NCBI GenBank assembly: GCA_963667465.2
Contig: CAXXDN010000002.1
Location: forward strand, 1,152,001 to 1,216,000
DNA length: 64,000 nucleotides
Direction: 5' to 3'
Source: Dehalococcoidia bacterium
Lineage (GTDB): Bacteria; Chloroflexota; Dehalococcoidia; UBA2979
A program made the translations under genes and the position numbers. The first letter of the stretch is position 1, and every line of letters begins with the position of its first letter. Under the pieces are notes generated by a model. The model was not told the DNA's origin. It did not search any database and saw only the letters and a program-made list of their open reading frames with translations. This document shows, in pieces, positions 46,379-55,783 of the stretch.

Positions 46379-47494
46379 ATGACCACCGGACGCATCGTCG
46401 TCGTCAAGGAGTACAACGAGCCGTTCGTCATCGAGGAGTACGACGTCCCCGAACCGGAGCCGGGCGGCATGATCCTGCGCATGACACAGGCAGGCGTCTG
46501 CGGCTCCGACCTCCACACCTGGCGCGGCGACCAGATCAACGTCCCGCTCCCGCCCTCCGGCAAGAACATGGGCCACGAGGGCACCGGCGTCGTCTGGAGC
46601 CTCGGCGCGGGCCGCACCACCGACTCGCTCGGCCGGCCGCTCGAGGAAGGCGACCGCGTGATGTACGCGGCGATCTTCCCCTGCAACAACTGCTACCAGT
46701 GCGGGCGCGGCGAGCACAACTGGTGCTCCGACCGCCAGGCCGGCATCGGCGCGCGGATCGCCGGTGACTGGCCCTACTTCACCGGCACCTACGCCGACTA
46801 CTTCTGGATCCCCGCGAACCACCCCGTCTACAAGGTGCCGGACGAGCTGCCCGACTCCGTCCTCGGCTGGATCAACTGCGCGATGGGCACCGTCACCGAG
46901 GGCCTGCTCCGCTCCGGCCTCGGCGAGGGCGACTACGTCGTCATCCAGGGCGCGGGGGGCCTCGGCCTCAACGCCACCGCGATGGCCAAGGACATGGGCG
47001 CGCACCGCGTGATCGTGCTCGACCGCATCCCCGAGCGCCTCGCGCTCGCCGTGGAGTTCGGCGCCGACCACACGATCAACATCGACGAGTACGACAGCCT
47101 CGAGGCGCGGCGCGACCGCATCTTCGAGCTCACCGACGGACGCGGCTCGAACTACGTGATGGAGCTGGTCGGGCGCGCAGAGCTGCTGGTCGAGGGCCTC
47201 GAGTACCTCACCAACGGCGGCACCTTCATCGAGATCGGCGACATCGTGCGAGGCCGCACGGTGGCCATCGACCCCTCCACGATCTTGCGTGGCAAGAAGA
47301 TCATGGGCTCCTCGATGTACCGGCCGCACCTGCTGCCGGTGATGATGGAGATGCTGGTCAAGAACCTCGACAAGCGGCCGTACACCAAGCTGGTGTCCGA
47401 CAACTACCCGCTCGCCGAGGTGAACGACGCATTCGCGCAGGCCGAGTGGAACGAGCGCCAGACCCGGATCTCGCGCGCGATGCTCGTCCCGTAG
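46379..47494 (+). CDS. Zn-dependent medium-chain alcohol dehydrogenase
   Basis: GVCGSDLH, GHE, C-x2-C-x2-C-x7-C, GAGGLG. Confidence 0.93.
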   Translation: MTTGRIVVVKEYNEPFVIEEYDVPEPEPGGMILRMTQAGVCGSDLHTWRGDQINVPLPPSGKNMGHEGTGVVWSLGAGRTTDSLGRPLEEGDRVMYAAIFPCNNCYQCGRGEHNWCSDRQAGIGARIAGDWPYFTGTYADYFWIPANHPVYKVPDELPDSVLGWINCAMGTVTEGLLRSGLGEGDYVVIQGAGGLGLNATAMAKDMGAHRVIVLDRIPERLALAVEFGADHTINIDEYDSLEARRDRIFELTDGRGSNYVMELVGRAELLVEGLEYLTNGGTFIEIGDIVRGRTVAIDPSTILRGKKIMGSSMYRPHLLPVMMEMLVKNLDKRPYTKLVSDNYPLAEVNDAFAQAEWNERQTRISRAMLVP

Positions 47495-47551
47495 CGGCGA
47501 GGACGCCGCCGCTCCGGGGGCCCGCTACGCCGATCGCGTAGGCTGGCGGCG

Positions 47552-48430
47552 ATGGACGTCTACCTCCTCGACGGCACGTTCGAGTTGTTCCGCCACTTCT
47601 ACGCCGTGCCCTCGCACCGCGACCGCGACGGCAACGAAGCGGGCGCGGTCGTCGGCGTGCTCGAATCGGTGCTGCGCCTCTTCAGCGAGGGCGTCACGCA
47701 CCTCGGCGTGGCGACCGACCACGTGATCGAGTCGTTCCGCAACGACCTCTGGCCCGGCTACAAGACCGGCGAGGGCATCGACCCGGCGCTGTTCGGCCAG
47801 TTCGGCCCGCTCGAGGATGCGCTGCAAGCCCTCGGCGTGCGCGTCTGGCCGATGGTCGACCTCGAGGCCGACGACGCGCTCGCGGCCGCCGCCGTGCTTG
47901 CTGCCGAGGACGCAGCGGTGCGGCGCGTCGTGATCGCGACGCCGGACAAGGACCTCTCGCAGTGCGTCGGCGGCAAGATCGTCCAGCTCGACCGCCGCAA
48001 CCGCGAGACCCGCGACGCGGCCGCCATCGAGGAGCGCTTCGGCGTCCCGCCGCCCGCGATCCCGGACTACCTCGCACTCGTCGGCGACAGCGCCGACGGC
48101 TTCCCCGGCCTGCCCGGCTGGGGCGCGAAGTCAAGCGCGACGGTGCTCTCGCACTACGGCCACATCGAGGCGATCCCCGCCGGCGCCGAGGAGTGGGACG
48201 TGAAGGTGCGCGGCGCGGCGAAGCTGGCCGCCACGCTGGCCGAGCAGCGCGACCTCGCCTTCCTCTTCCGCGACCTCGCGACCCTGCGCACCGATGCCGA
48301 GGTCTTCGCCTCCGTCGAGGAACTGCGCTGGACCGGCCCCACCGCCGGCTTCGCCGCCGTAGCCGAGCAGCTGCGCGCGCCCGCCCTGCTCACCCGCGCC
48401 GAATCGGTCGCCGAGCGCGTGAACGCGTAG
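47552..48430 (+). CDS. Stand-alone 5'-3' exonuclease / flap endonuclease
   Basis: LLDG, YK, EADD, DKD, LVGDSADGFPGLPGWGAKS. Confidence 0.92.
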   Translation: MDVYLLDGTFELFRHFYAVPSHRDRDGNEAGAVVGVLESVLRLFSEGVTHLGVATDHVIESFRNDLWPGYKTGEGIDPALFGQFGPLEDALQALGVRVWPMVDLEADDALAAAAVLAAEDAAVRRVVIATPDKDLSQCVGGKIVQLDRRNRETRDAAAIEERFGVPPPAIPDYLALVGDSADGFPGLPGWGAKSSATVLSHYGHIEAIPAGAEEWDVKVRGAAKLAATLAEQRDLAFLFRDLATLRTDAEVFASVEELRWTGPTAGFAAVAEQLRAPALLTRAESVAERVNA

Positions 48431-48454
48431 AATCGCCGGCGGACCGGAGGCGTC

Positions 48455-49258
48455 ATGCAGGATTTCGAGGGCAAGGTCGCCGTCATCACCGGCGGGGCGA
48501 GCGGGATCGGCTACGGCATGGCGGAGCGCTTCGCCGCCGCGGGTATGACCGTCGTCCTCGCCGACATCGACGAGGACGCCCTGCCCGAGGCCGAGTCGCG
48601 GCTTGCCGAGCACGGCGCGAGCGCCCTCGGCGTGCCGGTCGACGTGGCCGACCCCGATCAGGTCGACGACCTCGCGCGGCGCGTGCTCGACGAGTTCGGG
48701 GCGGTCGATGTGCTCTGCAACAACGCGGGGGTGAACTCGCCGGACGAGCCGATCTGGGAGATCTCGCAGGAGGACTGGGAGCGCGTCATCGCGATCAACC
48801 TGCGCGGCGTAATCCATGGCATCCGCAGCTTTCTGCCGCACATGCTGGCGCAGGACTCCGCGGGCTGCATCGTCAATACCGCCTCCGCGGCCGGCCTCGG
48901 CTCGCGACCGGGCATCTCGCCCTACGTCGCGACGAAGCACGCCGTCGTCGCGCTCACCGAGTCGCTGCACCACGACCTCGTGGCAGCCGGATCGAAGCTG
49001 CGCGCCGCCGTGCTCTGTCCCGGCCGGATCCGCACGCCGATGATGGCGGCGCACCTGGAGCGCGAGGGCAAGGACGCCGAGGAGGCAGCCGCCGGCTACC
49101 TGCTCCCGAGCCAGGTCGGCGACCTGGTCTTCGAAGCGATCCGCGACGAGCGCTTCTACATCCTCACGCACCCCGAGGGCGAGAAGGATCGCGTCAGGGG
49201 GGCCGCAGACGATATCCTGCTCGGGCGCGACCCGACGCACTCGCCGCCGATTCACTAG
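48455..49258 (+). CDS. SDR oxidoreductase
   Basis: TGGASGIG, NNAG, YVATKHAVV. Confidence 0.92.
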   Translation: MQDFEGKVAVITGGASGIGYGMAERFAAAGMTVVLADIDEDALPEAESRLAEHGASALGVPVDVADPDQVDDLARRVLDEFGAVDVLCNNAGVNSPDEPIWEISQEDWERVIAINLRGVIHGIRSFLPHMLAQDSAGCIVNTASAAGLGSRPGISPYVATKHAVVALTESLHHDLVAAGSKLRAAVLCPGRIRTPMMAAHLEREGKDAEEAAAGYLLPSQVGDLVFEAIRDERFYILTHPEGEKDRVRGAADDILLGRDPTHSPPIH

Positions 49259-49291
49259 CCAGCAGCCGCGTCAGCCAGGTCAGGAGCCCGC

Positions 49292-49720
49292 ATGAGCAGC
49301 GAAGCAGTCCTCCAGCCGCAGCCCGAGGGCATCCCGCTCCCGACTCCCTCCACGGTCTCCGAGCCGCACTGGGAGGGCTGCAAGCGCGGCGAGCTGATGG
49401 TGCAGCGCTGCCGCGATTGCGAGGGCTACGTCTTCATCCCGCAGCCGGCCTGCACGCACTGCCAGAGCGAAGACCTCGAGTGGGTGCGGAGCAGCGGCAA
49501 GGGGACCGTCTACAGCTGGACCACCGTCTACCGCCCGCAGCAGCCGAGCTTCGAGACGCCCTACATCTCGGCGATCATCGAGGTGGAAGAGGGCTGGTAC
49601 ATGATGACGAACCTGATCGACATGCCGGTCGACGACGTGCGCATCGGCCTCCCCGTCGAGGTCGTCTTCCACGCCATCAACGACGACACCACGCTCCCCT
49701 ACTTCCGCCCGGCGGGGTAG
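49292..49720 (+). CDS. Zn-ribbon/OB-fold protein (DUF35)
   Basis: QRCRDC..P..CTHC, SGKGTVYSWT. Confidence 0.9.
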   Translation: MSSEAVLQPQPEGIPLPTPSTVSEPHWEGCKRGELMVQRCRDCEGYVFIPQPACTHCQSEDLEWVRSSGKGTVYSWTTVYRPQQPSFETPYISAIIEVEEGWYMMTNLIDMPVDDVRIGLPVEVVFHAINDDTTLPYFRPAG

Positions 49721-49747
49721 GCCCCCAGGGGCGGGAGGCCTCCCGGC

Positions 49748-50602
49748 CTACGTGTCCGAGAACGCCGATCCGCGGCGCTCGACGCCGCCGCCCGTGGCGT
49801 GGTCGATCACGCCGCACTCGACGAGGAAGGGCTGGCTGTGGACAACGCGGCCGGAGACGCGCTCGGCGGGCTCGGAGACCAGCCAGAGCGCCGCGTGCGC
49901 CATGTGATCGACCGGCTCTGTCACCACGGCAGCCAGGTGCGCGCCGGGCCCCAGCTCGCTCGCCGTCGCGCCGGGCGTTGGCACCAGGTTCGAGGGCGAG
50001 AGCGCGCTGACGGCGATGCGGTGCGGCCACAACTCGGCCGCCAGCCCCTGCGTGAAGCGCTCCAGCGCCGCCTTCGAGGCCCCGTACATCGTCCCCGCGT
50101 CGACACGCTCCTGCTCCGCGTAGGGCCCGCGCCCGGGACCGCCGGAGCTGCTGGACGAGATGTTGCAGATCGCGCCGCGCCCGCGTTCGATCATCCCCGG
50201 CAGCACGAGCTGCGAGAGGTAGAACGGCGCGTGGATGTTGACGTCGAAGCCCAGCTTCCAGCGGCGCAACGGGAACTCCGTGAGCGGGTGGTAGGTAGTC
50301 ATCGCGGCGTTGTTGACGAGCACGTCGACGCGCCCGAAGGCGTCCAGTGTCTGCTCGACGATCGCCTCGCAGCCTTCCTCGCTGCCGACGTTCGCCTGGA
50401 TTGCGAGCGCCGTGCCGCCTGCCTGTTCGATCGCCTCGATCGTGCCGCGCAGGGAGCCCTCGAGGCGGTGGTCGCCCTCCTCCAGCGTGCGGGCGACACA
50501 GGCGACCTGCGCCCCCTCGGCGGCGAACAGCTCAGCGATCGCCCTGCCGATGCCGCGGCTGGTCCCCGTCACGATCGCCACCCGGTCGTCGAGCCGGCCC
50601 AT
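49748..50602 (-). CDS. SDR oxidoreductase
   Basis: TGTSRGIG, NNAA, YGASK. Confidence 0.9.
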   Translation of the reverse strand: MGRLDDRVAIVTGTSRGIGRAIAELFAAEGAQVACVARTLEEGDHRLEGSLRGTIEAIEQAGGTALAIQANVGSEEGCEAIVEQTLDAFGRVDVLVNNAAMTTYHPLTEFPLRRWKLGFDVNIHAPFYLSQLVLPGMIERGRGAICNISSSSSGGPGRGPYAEQERVDAGTMYGASKAALERFTQGLAAELWPHRIAVSALSPSNLVPTPGATASELGPGAHLAAVVTEPVDHMAHAALWLVSEPAERVSGRVVHSQPFLVECGVIDHATGGGVERRGSAFSDT

Positions 50603-50755
50603 CTGCGCCTCCGTCCGTCGCACTCACCCGTCGCGGCATCGTCGCCGCCTCGCGAGCACTCTAGGGCGACGCGGGCGGGGGTGCATCGCGAGGCCGCGGC
50701 GCGGCGCGGCGTGTCTTGCCGCTCGTTACCCCATCGCGCACACTGGATTCGCCGC

Positions 50756-50831
50756 TCCCCGATAGCTCAATTGGTAGAGCGAGCGGCTGTTAACCGCTAG
50801 GTTCGTGGTTCGAGTCCACGTCGGGGAGCCA
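50756..50831 (+). tRNA. tRNA-Asn (GTT)
   Basis: TCCCCGA acceptor, AGCGG-CTGTTAA-CCGCT anticodon arm, GGTTCGAGTCC, ends GCCA. Confidence 0.95.
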
Positions 50832-50926
50832 GCTCTTATGTCCACACTGGGCCTCTGAAGCACAGCGGGCAGGAGCCCGGACTATCAGCGCGGCCCGGGA
50901 ATTCACACCGGCGGCGCGGCCTCCGG

Positions 50927-51475
50927 CTACGCGTTCGAGGCGATCCGCTGCACCCGCTCGCGCCAGTCGTCCGCGGCGAGGTCCACGATCTCCGCCTGCG
51001 GCGGCTTACCCGCCTCGAGGGTCAGATAGGCGACGTGGCCGAGGCGCGGGCTCATGTTGCGCGGCAGCGTCGCGCTGCCGGGGTTCACTACCAGGATCTC
51101 CTCCAGCCAGTCGATCCGCTCGAAGTGCGTGTCGCCGCAGACGATGATGTCGGGCCGCGCGCCGCCCAGGTACTGGTTGAGCAGGCGCTGCAGCTCCCAG
51201 TTGAGCGGCTCGAAGATGTGGAGCAGCGCGATCGAGAAGCCCTCGAGCTCCAGGAAGTGCACCGGCTCGATCCGCGGGTCGGCCTTGAGGTGCGGGTCGT
51301 GGTTGCCCTCGGCGGCGTAGATCGGCGCGATCTGCTCCAGCTCGTCGAGCACGCGCGCCACCACCAGATCACCGGCGTGGAAGATCAGGTCGACGCCCTC
51401 GAGCGCCTCGATGATCTCCGGGAAGATCCGCGGCGCTTCGGGGACGTGCGTGTCGCTGAGGATGCCGATCCGCAC
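50927..51475 (-). CDS. Metallophosphoesterase (YfcE/MJ0936 family)
   Basis: SDTH, HAGD, GNHD, GDTH, NPGS. Confidence 0.9.
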   Translation of the reverse strand: MRIGILSDTHVPEAPRIFPEIIEALEGVDLIFHAGDLVVARVLDELEQIAPIYAAEGNHDPHLKADPRIEPVHFLELEGFSIALLHIFEPLNWELQRLLNQYLGGARPDIIVCGDTHFERIDWLEEILVVNPGSATLPRNMSPRLGHVAYLTLEAGKPPQAEIVDLAADDWRERVQRIASNA

Positions 51476-51482
51476 GCCTGCC

Positions 51483-52622
51483 TCAGGCCGAGTTGCGCGA
51501 CGGCAGCGCGACGACCACCGGGCCGGGACCGACGGAGGTGCCCTGCGACATCTCCGAGCGGATCATGAGCTCGACCAGGTGCTCGCCGTCCTCCACCCAC
51601 TTGCGCTTGACCTCGCCGGAGGTGGTCACGGCCTCGCCGACGACGTTGAAGATGTTCATGCGGAACGGGCCGGTCTTCTTGAAGCGGCCCGCGAGGCCCA
51701 CGTACTCGCGCACGCAGCGCTCCCACCAGCCCTGGATGAAGCCGTTGTTGGCGTACATCTCCGGCGCGCCGGTCGCGATCGAGACCGGGCTGTTGTGGTG
51801 GATCTGGTTGAAGTCGCGGTTCGCCCCTGCCTCCACGACCAGCCGCGCGATCGTGACGTTGATCGTGATGGGTGGTACCGGGTCGCCCTCCTGCACGTCC
51901 TCGAAGTAGCGCTGCTGCGACCAGTCGACCTCGCTCGCCTCGCCGACGCCGACGTTGCGGATCGCCAGCAGGTCCTCCTGCTCCTCCGGCTCGTCGTCCG
52001 CTTCCGGCGGCGGTGGCGCCGAAGCGGATGGCCGAGGGGTATCGAAGGCGACGTAGCGGTAGCCGCCGTTGCGCAGCAGCGCGACCAGCTCGTCGCGCTG
52101 GTTGACGACCTGGCGCTCCCAGATCATGAACGCGCCCCGGCCGACGCGCGTCTCGCGCGGCAGGCAGGAGATCAGCTTGCGGCCCTTCACCGTAAGCCGA
52201 TCGCCGACGACCGGCGGCTCGTGGTACTCGATCTCGATGTCCGTGGCGAAGCCGGCCGTCGTCGGCGGCTCCGGTGGCTCCGGCATCACCGGACCGCGCG
52301 CCCTCGGAATGTCGACGTGCGGGTGTGGCAGCGGGTAGCGCGTGCCCTGCCCCGGCCGCCAGAGGCCGGGATCGATCCACGTTGAGGAGACGCCGCTGTG
52401 CGGCGCGAGGATGCCGGCGTAGCCCTGCGCCTGCGCGGCCTCCTCGTCGTAGTGCAGCGGACACGAGAACTCGAGCGGCTCGCAGTAGCGGCGGATCGTG
52501 GCGCGCTCGATCTCGTCGACGGCGGTCGATTCGATGCCGCCGGAGAAGTCCTGCCCGACGACGCCGACCGTCGGTTGCCAAGCCTGCGTCCAGTCATCGC
52601 TCATCGCGTCACTCCTCTGCAC
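51483..52622 (-). CDS. Double hot-dog MaoC/FAS1-like dehydratase
   Basis: IRRYCE..PLHYD..A; YFEDVQEGD, ANRDFNQIHHN. Confidence 0.8.
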   Translation of the reverse strand: MQRSDAMSDDWTQAWQPTVGVVGQDFSGGIESTAVDEIERATIRRYCEPLEFSCPLHYDEEAAQAQGYAGILAPHSGVSSTWIDPGLWRPGQGTRYPLPHPHVDIPRARGPVMPEPPEPPTTAGFATDIEIEYHEPPVVGDRLTVKGRKLISCLPRETRVGRGAFMIWERQVVNQRDELVALLRNGGYRYVAFDTPRPSASAPPPPEADDEPEEQEDLLAIRNVGVGEASEVDWSQQRYFEDVQEGDPVPPITINVTIARLVVEAGANRDFNQIHHNSPVSIATGAPEMYANNGFIQGWWERCVREYVGLAGRFKKTGPFRMNIFNVVGEAVTTSGEVKRKWVEDGEHLVELMIRSEMSQGTSVGPGPVVVALPSRNSA

Positions 52623-52746
52623 CCGCGCCGCGAGGGCGGCCCGTCAGTTCGTAGCGAAGGGTCCGGCGTGGTGTCAATAGCCGGACGCCGGGTTGCAGCG
52701 GGTGCGGGACTGTGCGCCCGTCCGGCAAGGCACTATCCTGCCCCTC

Positions 52747-53652
52747 GTGGAACACCTCATCTTCGACGAGCGTCAGGAGCTGGACCGGCCGATCCTGATC
52801 GCAGCCTGGTCCGGGTGGAACGACGCCGGCGAGTCCGCGACCGGCGCGATCCGCTTCATGCTGCGCCGCTGGCGCTCCAAGGCGTTCGCGCACATCGACC
52901 CGGAGCACTTCTACGACTTTACCCAGGCCCGCCCCAAGGTGAAGCTCGAGGAGGGCGAGCGCGTCCTCGAGTGGCCGCAGAACAAGTTCTCCGCGCGGCG
53001 CCGCGAGGGCGACACGCCGGACCTCGTGCTGCTGGAGGGCGTGGAGCCGCACCTCTCCTGGCACGCCTACTCCGATACAATCATGGAGTGCTGCGAGACC
53101 CTCGGCATCGACACCGTGATCACCCTTGGCGCGCTGCTTGCGGAGGCGAGCCACACCCGGCCGATCCGCGTCTCCGGCAGCTCCGAGGACGCCGGCCTGC
53201 GCGAGCAGCTCGGCCTCGATCCGCCGCGCACGACCGGCTACCAGGGCCCGACCGGCATCGTCGGCGTGATCAACAGCCGCCTGCGTGACGCCGGCTACCG
53301 CACGGCCTCGATGTGGGCGAACGTGCCCCACTACGTGAACGCCTCGCCCAACCCCAAGGGCGCGCTCGCCATCCTCGAGCAACTGAACGCGAGCCTGAAC
53401 CTCGAGCTCAGCCTGCACGACCTGGAGGTCTTCGCCGCCCGCTTCGACGCCCAGGTCGGGGCCGAGATCGCAAAGAACCCGGAGATGGCCGAGTACGCGC
53501 GCCGCATCGAGCAGCAGCTCGAGGAGGAAGAGGAAGAGGCCGCCGCCGAGGAGGAAGCCTCCTCCGGCGGTGGCGCCGCCCTGCCCGACGCCCAGGACAT
53601 GGTCGACGAGCTGGAACGCTTCCTGCGCGAGCAGCGCAGCGACGAGCAGTAG
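52747..53652 (+). CDS. PAC2 family (proteasome assembly chaperone-like) protein
   Basis: GWNDAGESA, FYDFTQARP, YQGPTGI, WANVPHY. Confidence 0.88.
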   Translation: MEHLIFDERQELDRPILIAAWSGWNDAGESATGAIRFMLRRWRSKAFAHIDPEHFYDFTQARPKVKLEEGERVLEWPQNKFSARRREGDTPDLVLLEGVEPHLSWHAYSDTIMECCETLGIDTVITLGALLAEASHTRPIRVSGSSEDAGLREQLGLDPPRTTGYQGPTGIVGVINSRLRDAGYRTASMWANVPHYVNASPNPKGALAILEQLNASLNLELSLHDLEVFAARFDAQVGAEIAKNPEMAEYARRIEQQLEEEEEEAAAEEEASSGGGAALPDAQDMVDELERFLREQRSDEQ

Positions 53653-53724
53653 CGAGCGCTCGCCCCCCGCGGCCCCATCGCCACAGGGCCCAATCAGGTG
53701 TCGCCGACCACCTCGGCGCGTGCC

Positions 53725-53805
53725 ACCGCCGACGGCCGCGAGGGCTGGGTCAGCGCCGATTACCTGCGCTGGGCATCGGACGGCGTCAGGCTCGAGAGGG
53801 AGCGA
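53725..53805 (+). pseudogene. Remnant of an SH3b-like domain C-terminus
   Basis: Translates TADGREGWVSADYLRWASDGVRLE with no supporting ORF. Confidence 0.45.
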
Positions 53806-53939
53806 CGGCCCTGCTATGGCGGCGGCGTGTAGCCTCGCCGGGCGCAGCAGATGCGACCCCCTCGCCGGAGCCGTCCACGCGGGTGCCATTGGGCGCTGAC
53901 GGCGTCAGGTGGTACGATGCGCGGCAGCAATCGCAGGCG

Positions 53940-53971
53940 CTCTTTAATCCGGTCCCGCGAGGCCGGGAAGG
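53940..53971 (+). promoter_or_regulatory. PyrR-binding RNA element (pyr attenuator leader)
   Basis: CTTTAATCCGGTCCCGCGAGGCCGGGAAGG fits CUUUAA..GUCCnGnGAGGC..AAG; extended -10 TGgTACGAT upstream. Confidence 0.8.
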
Positions 53972-54033
53972 ACGCAGCAGATGAATGCTCTCACGTTTGC
54001 GGTACCGGGACGCGCCACGTCCCACCATCGTTT

Positions 54034-54064
54034 CCCCTCCCCGAAACGCGGAGGGGCTTTTTTT
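54034..54064 (+). terminator. Attenuator terminator of pyr leader
   Basis: CCCCTCC..GGAGGGG stem followed by T7 upstream of pyrR. Confidence 0.85.
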
Positions 54065-54104
54065 GCCCACCAGCAGCTCCCCACCCCTTCACGGAGTCGC
54101 CTCG

Positions 54105-54704
54105 TTGGCTGAGCAAGCTGAGCAGGCTGAACACGCGCGCAGCGAGGACCTTGCGGCCGCGCGCGGCGGCGGGCCGCTGCTCGACGCCGGCGGCATCGGG
54201 CGCACCACGCGCCGCCTCGCCCACGAGATCGTCGAGCGCAACGGCGGGCCCGAGGGACTCGTGCTCGTCGGCATCCCGAGCCGCGGCGCCGTCCTCGCCG
54301 AACGCCTCGCCGATCTGATCGCCGGCTTCGAGGGTGAACGCCCGCCGCTCGGCAGGATCGACGTCACGCTGCATCGCGATGACCTCGCCTCGCGCGGGTT
54401 GCGCAGCGTGCCGCGCAGCAGTGAGTTGCCCGACATCGAGGGCCGCAACGTCGTCCTCGTGGACGACGTGCTCTTCACCGGCCGCACGGTGCGCGCCGCC
54501 CTCGACGCGCTCAACGACTTCGGCCGCCCGCACCGCGTGAGCCTCGCGGTGCTGATCGACCGCGGACACCGCGAGCTGCCGATCCGCGCCGACGTGGTCG
54601 GCAAGAACATCCCCACCGCGCACGGCGATCAAGTGCAGGTGCTACTCGACGAGGTCGACGGTCGCGACGCCGTCGTCGTCATCCCCGGAAGGGATCGACC
54701 GTGA
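54105..54704 (+). CDS. pyrR: Pyrimidine attenuation regulator / uracil phosphoribosyltransferase
   Basis: [47 protein letters not shown]; TTG start inferred. Confidence 0.95.
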   Translation: MAEQAEQAEHARSEDLAAARGGGPLLDAGGIGRTTRRLAHEIVERNGGPEGLVLVGIPSRGAVLAERLADLIAGFEGERPPLGRIDVTLHRDDLASRGLRSVPRSSELPDIEGRNVVLVDDVLFTGRTVRAALDALNDFGRPHRVSLAVLIDRGHRELPIRADVVGKNIPTAHGDQVQVLLDEVDGRDAVVVIPGRDRP

Positions 54705-55783
54705 CCACCGAGACTCACGACCCCGCCGGCGCGGCGAGCCCCGCGCCGCTGCTCCCCGAGAGCGGCGAGCCGCTTGGGACGGCGCCCGCGCCCGGCCCGT
54801 GGCGGCACCGCCACGTCCTCGACCTCGACGACTTCGGCGCCGACGAGATCATCACGGTGCTCGAGCTCGCGGGGCAGATGGCCGAGGTGCTGGAGCGGCG
54901 CATCGCGCGCGTGCCCGCGCTGCGCGGTCACACCATCGTCAACCTCTTCTACGAGCCCTCGACGCGCACGCGCGCCTCCTTCGAACTGGCCGGCAAGGTT
55001 TTGGGTGCGGACGTGCTCTCGGTCAGCGCCAGCACGTCGTCGGTGCAGAAGGGCGAGTCGCTGATCGACACGGTGCGGACTCTGCGCGCAATGGGCGCCG
55101 GGATCCTGGTGATGCGGCACGCCTCGTCGGGCGCGCCCTACCTCGCCGCGCGCCACACCGACGCCGCGATCGTGAACGCCGGCGACGGCGCGCACGCGCA
55201 CCCCACGCAGGCGCTGCTCGACCTCTACACGATGCGCCGCCACTTCGGAAGCCTCGAGGGCCGGCGCGTCGTGATGGTCGGCGACATCGCCCACTCGCGC
55301 GTCGCCCGATCGGACCTCTGGGGCCTCGCGGCGATGGGCGCGGAGGTGGTGGTCTGCGGGCCGCCCACGCTGCTGCCGCGCGGCCTGCGGCCCGGCGACC
55401 GCCCCGAGCACGCCGAGACCGCCCTCCCCCACGTCGAGGTCGAGACGGACATCGATCGCGCGATCGAGGGCGCGCACGTCGTGATGGCGCTGCGCCTCCA
55501 GAGCGAGCGCCAGGAGGGCGGCCTGCTGCCCTCGCTGCACGAGTACTCGCTGCACTACCAGGTCACGGCGAAGCGGCTCGCGCGGGCGCACCCGGACCAC
55601 CTGCTGATGCACCCGGGGCCCAAGAACGAGGGCATCGAGATCGCCCGCGAGGTCGCCGGCGGCGGCCGCTCGATGATCGAGGAGCAGGTCACCAACGGCG
55701 TCGCCGTGCGCATGGCGCTGCTCTACCTGCTGGCGCTGGGCCGCGACGCCGCAGCCGCGAGCGCCCGGGAGGCCGCATCGTGA
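54701..55783 (+). CDS. pyrB: Aspartate carbamoyltransferase catalytic subunit
   Basis: [27 protein letters not shown]. Confidence 0.96.
   Translation: MTTETHDPAGAASPAPLLPESGEPLGTAPAPGPWRHRHVLDLDDFGADEIITVLELAGQMAEVLERRIARVPALRGHTIVNLFYEPSTRTRASFELAGKVLGADVLSVSASTSSVQKGESLIDTVRTLRAMGAGILVMRHASSGAPYLAARHTDAAIVNAGDGAHAHPTQALLDLYTMRRHFGSLEGRRVVMVGDIAHSRVARSDLWGLAAMGAEVVVCGPPTLLPRGLRPGDRPEHAETALPHVEVETDIDRAIEGAHVVMALRLQSERQEGGLLPSLHEYSLHYQVTAKRLARAHPDHLLMHPGPKNEGIEIAREVAGGGRSMIEEQVTNGVAVRMALLYLLALGRDAAAASAREAAS

Noticed and set aside
53985-54104. Leader peptide or N-terminal extension of pyrR from ATG 53985
   Set aside because: Runs through the attenuator terminator; PyrR attenuation needs no leader peptide and a TTG with SD follows
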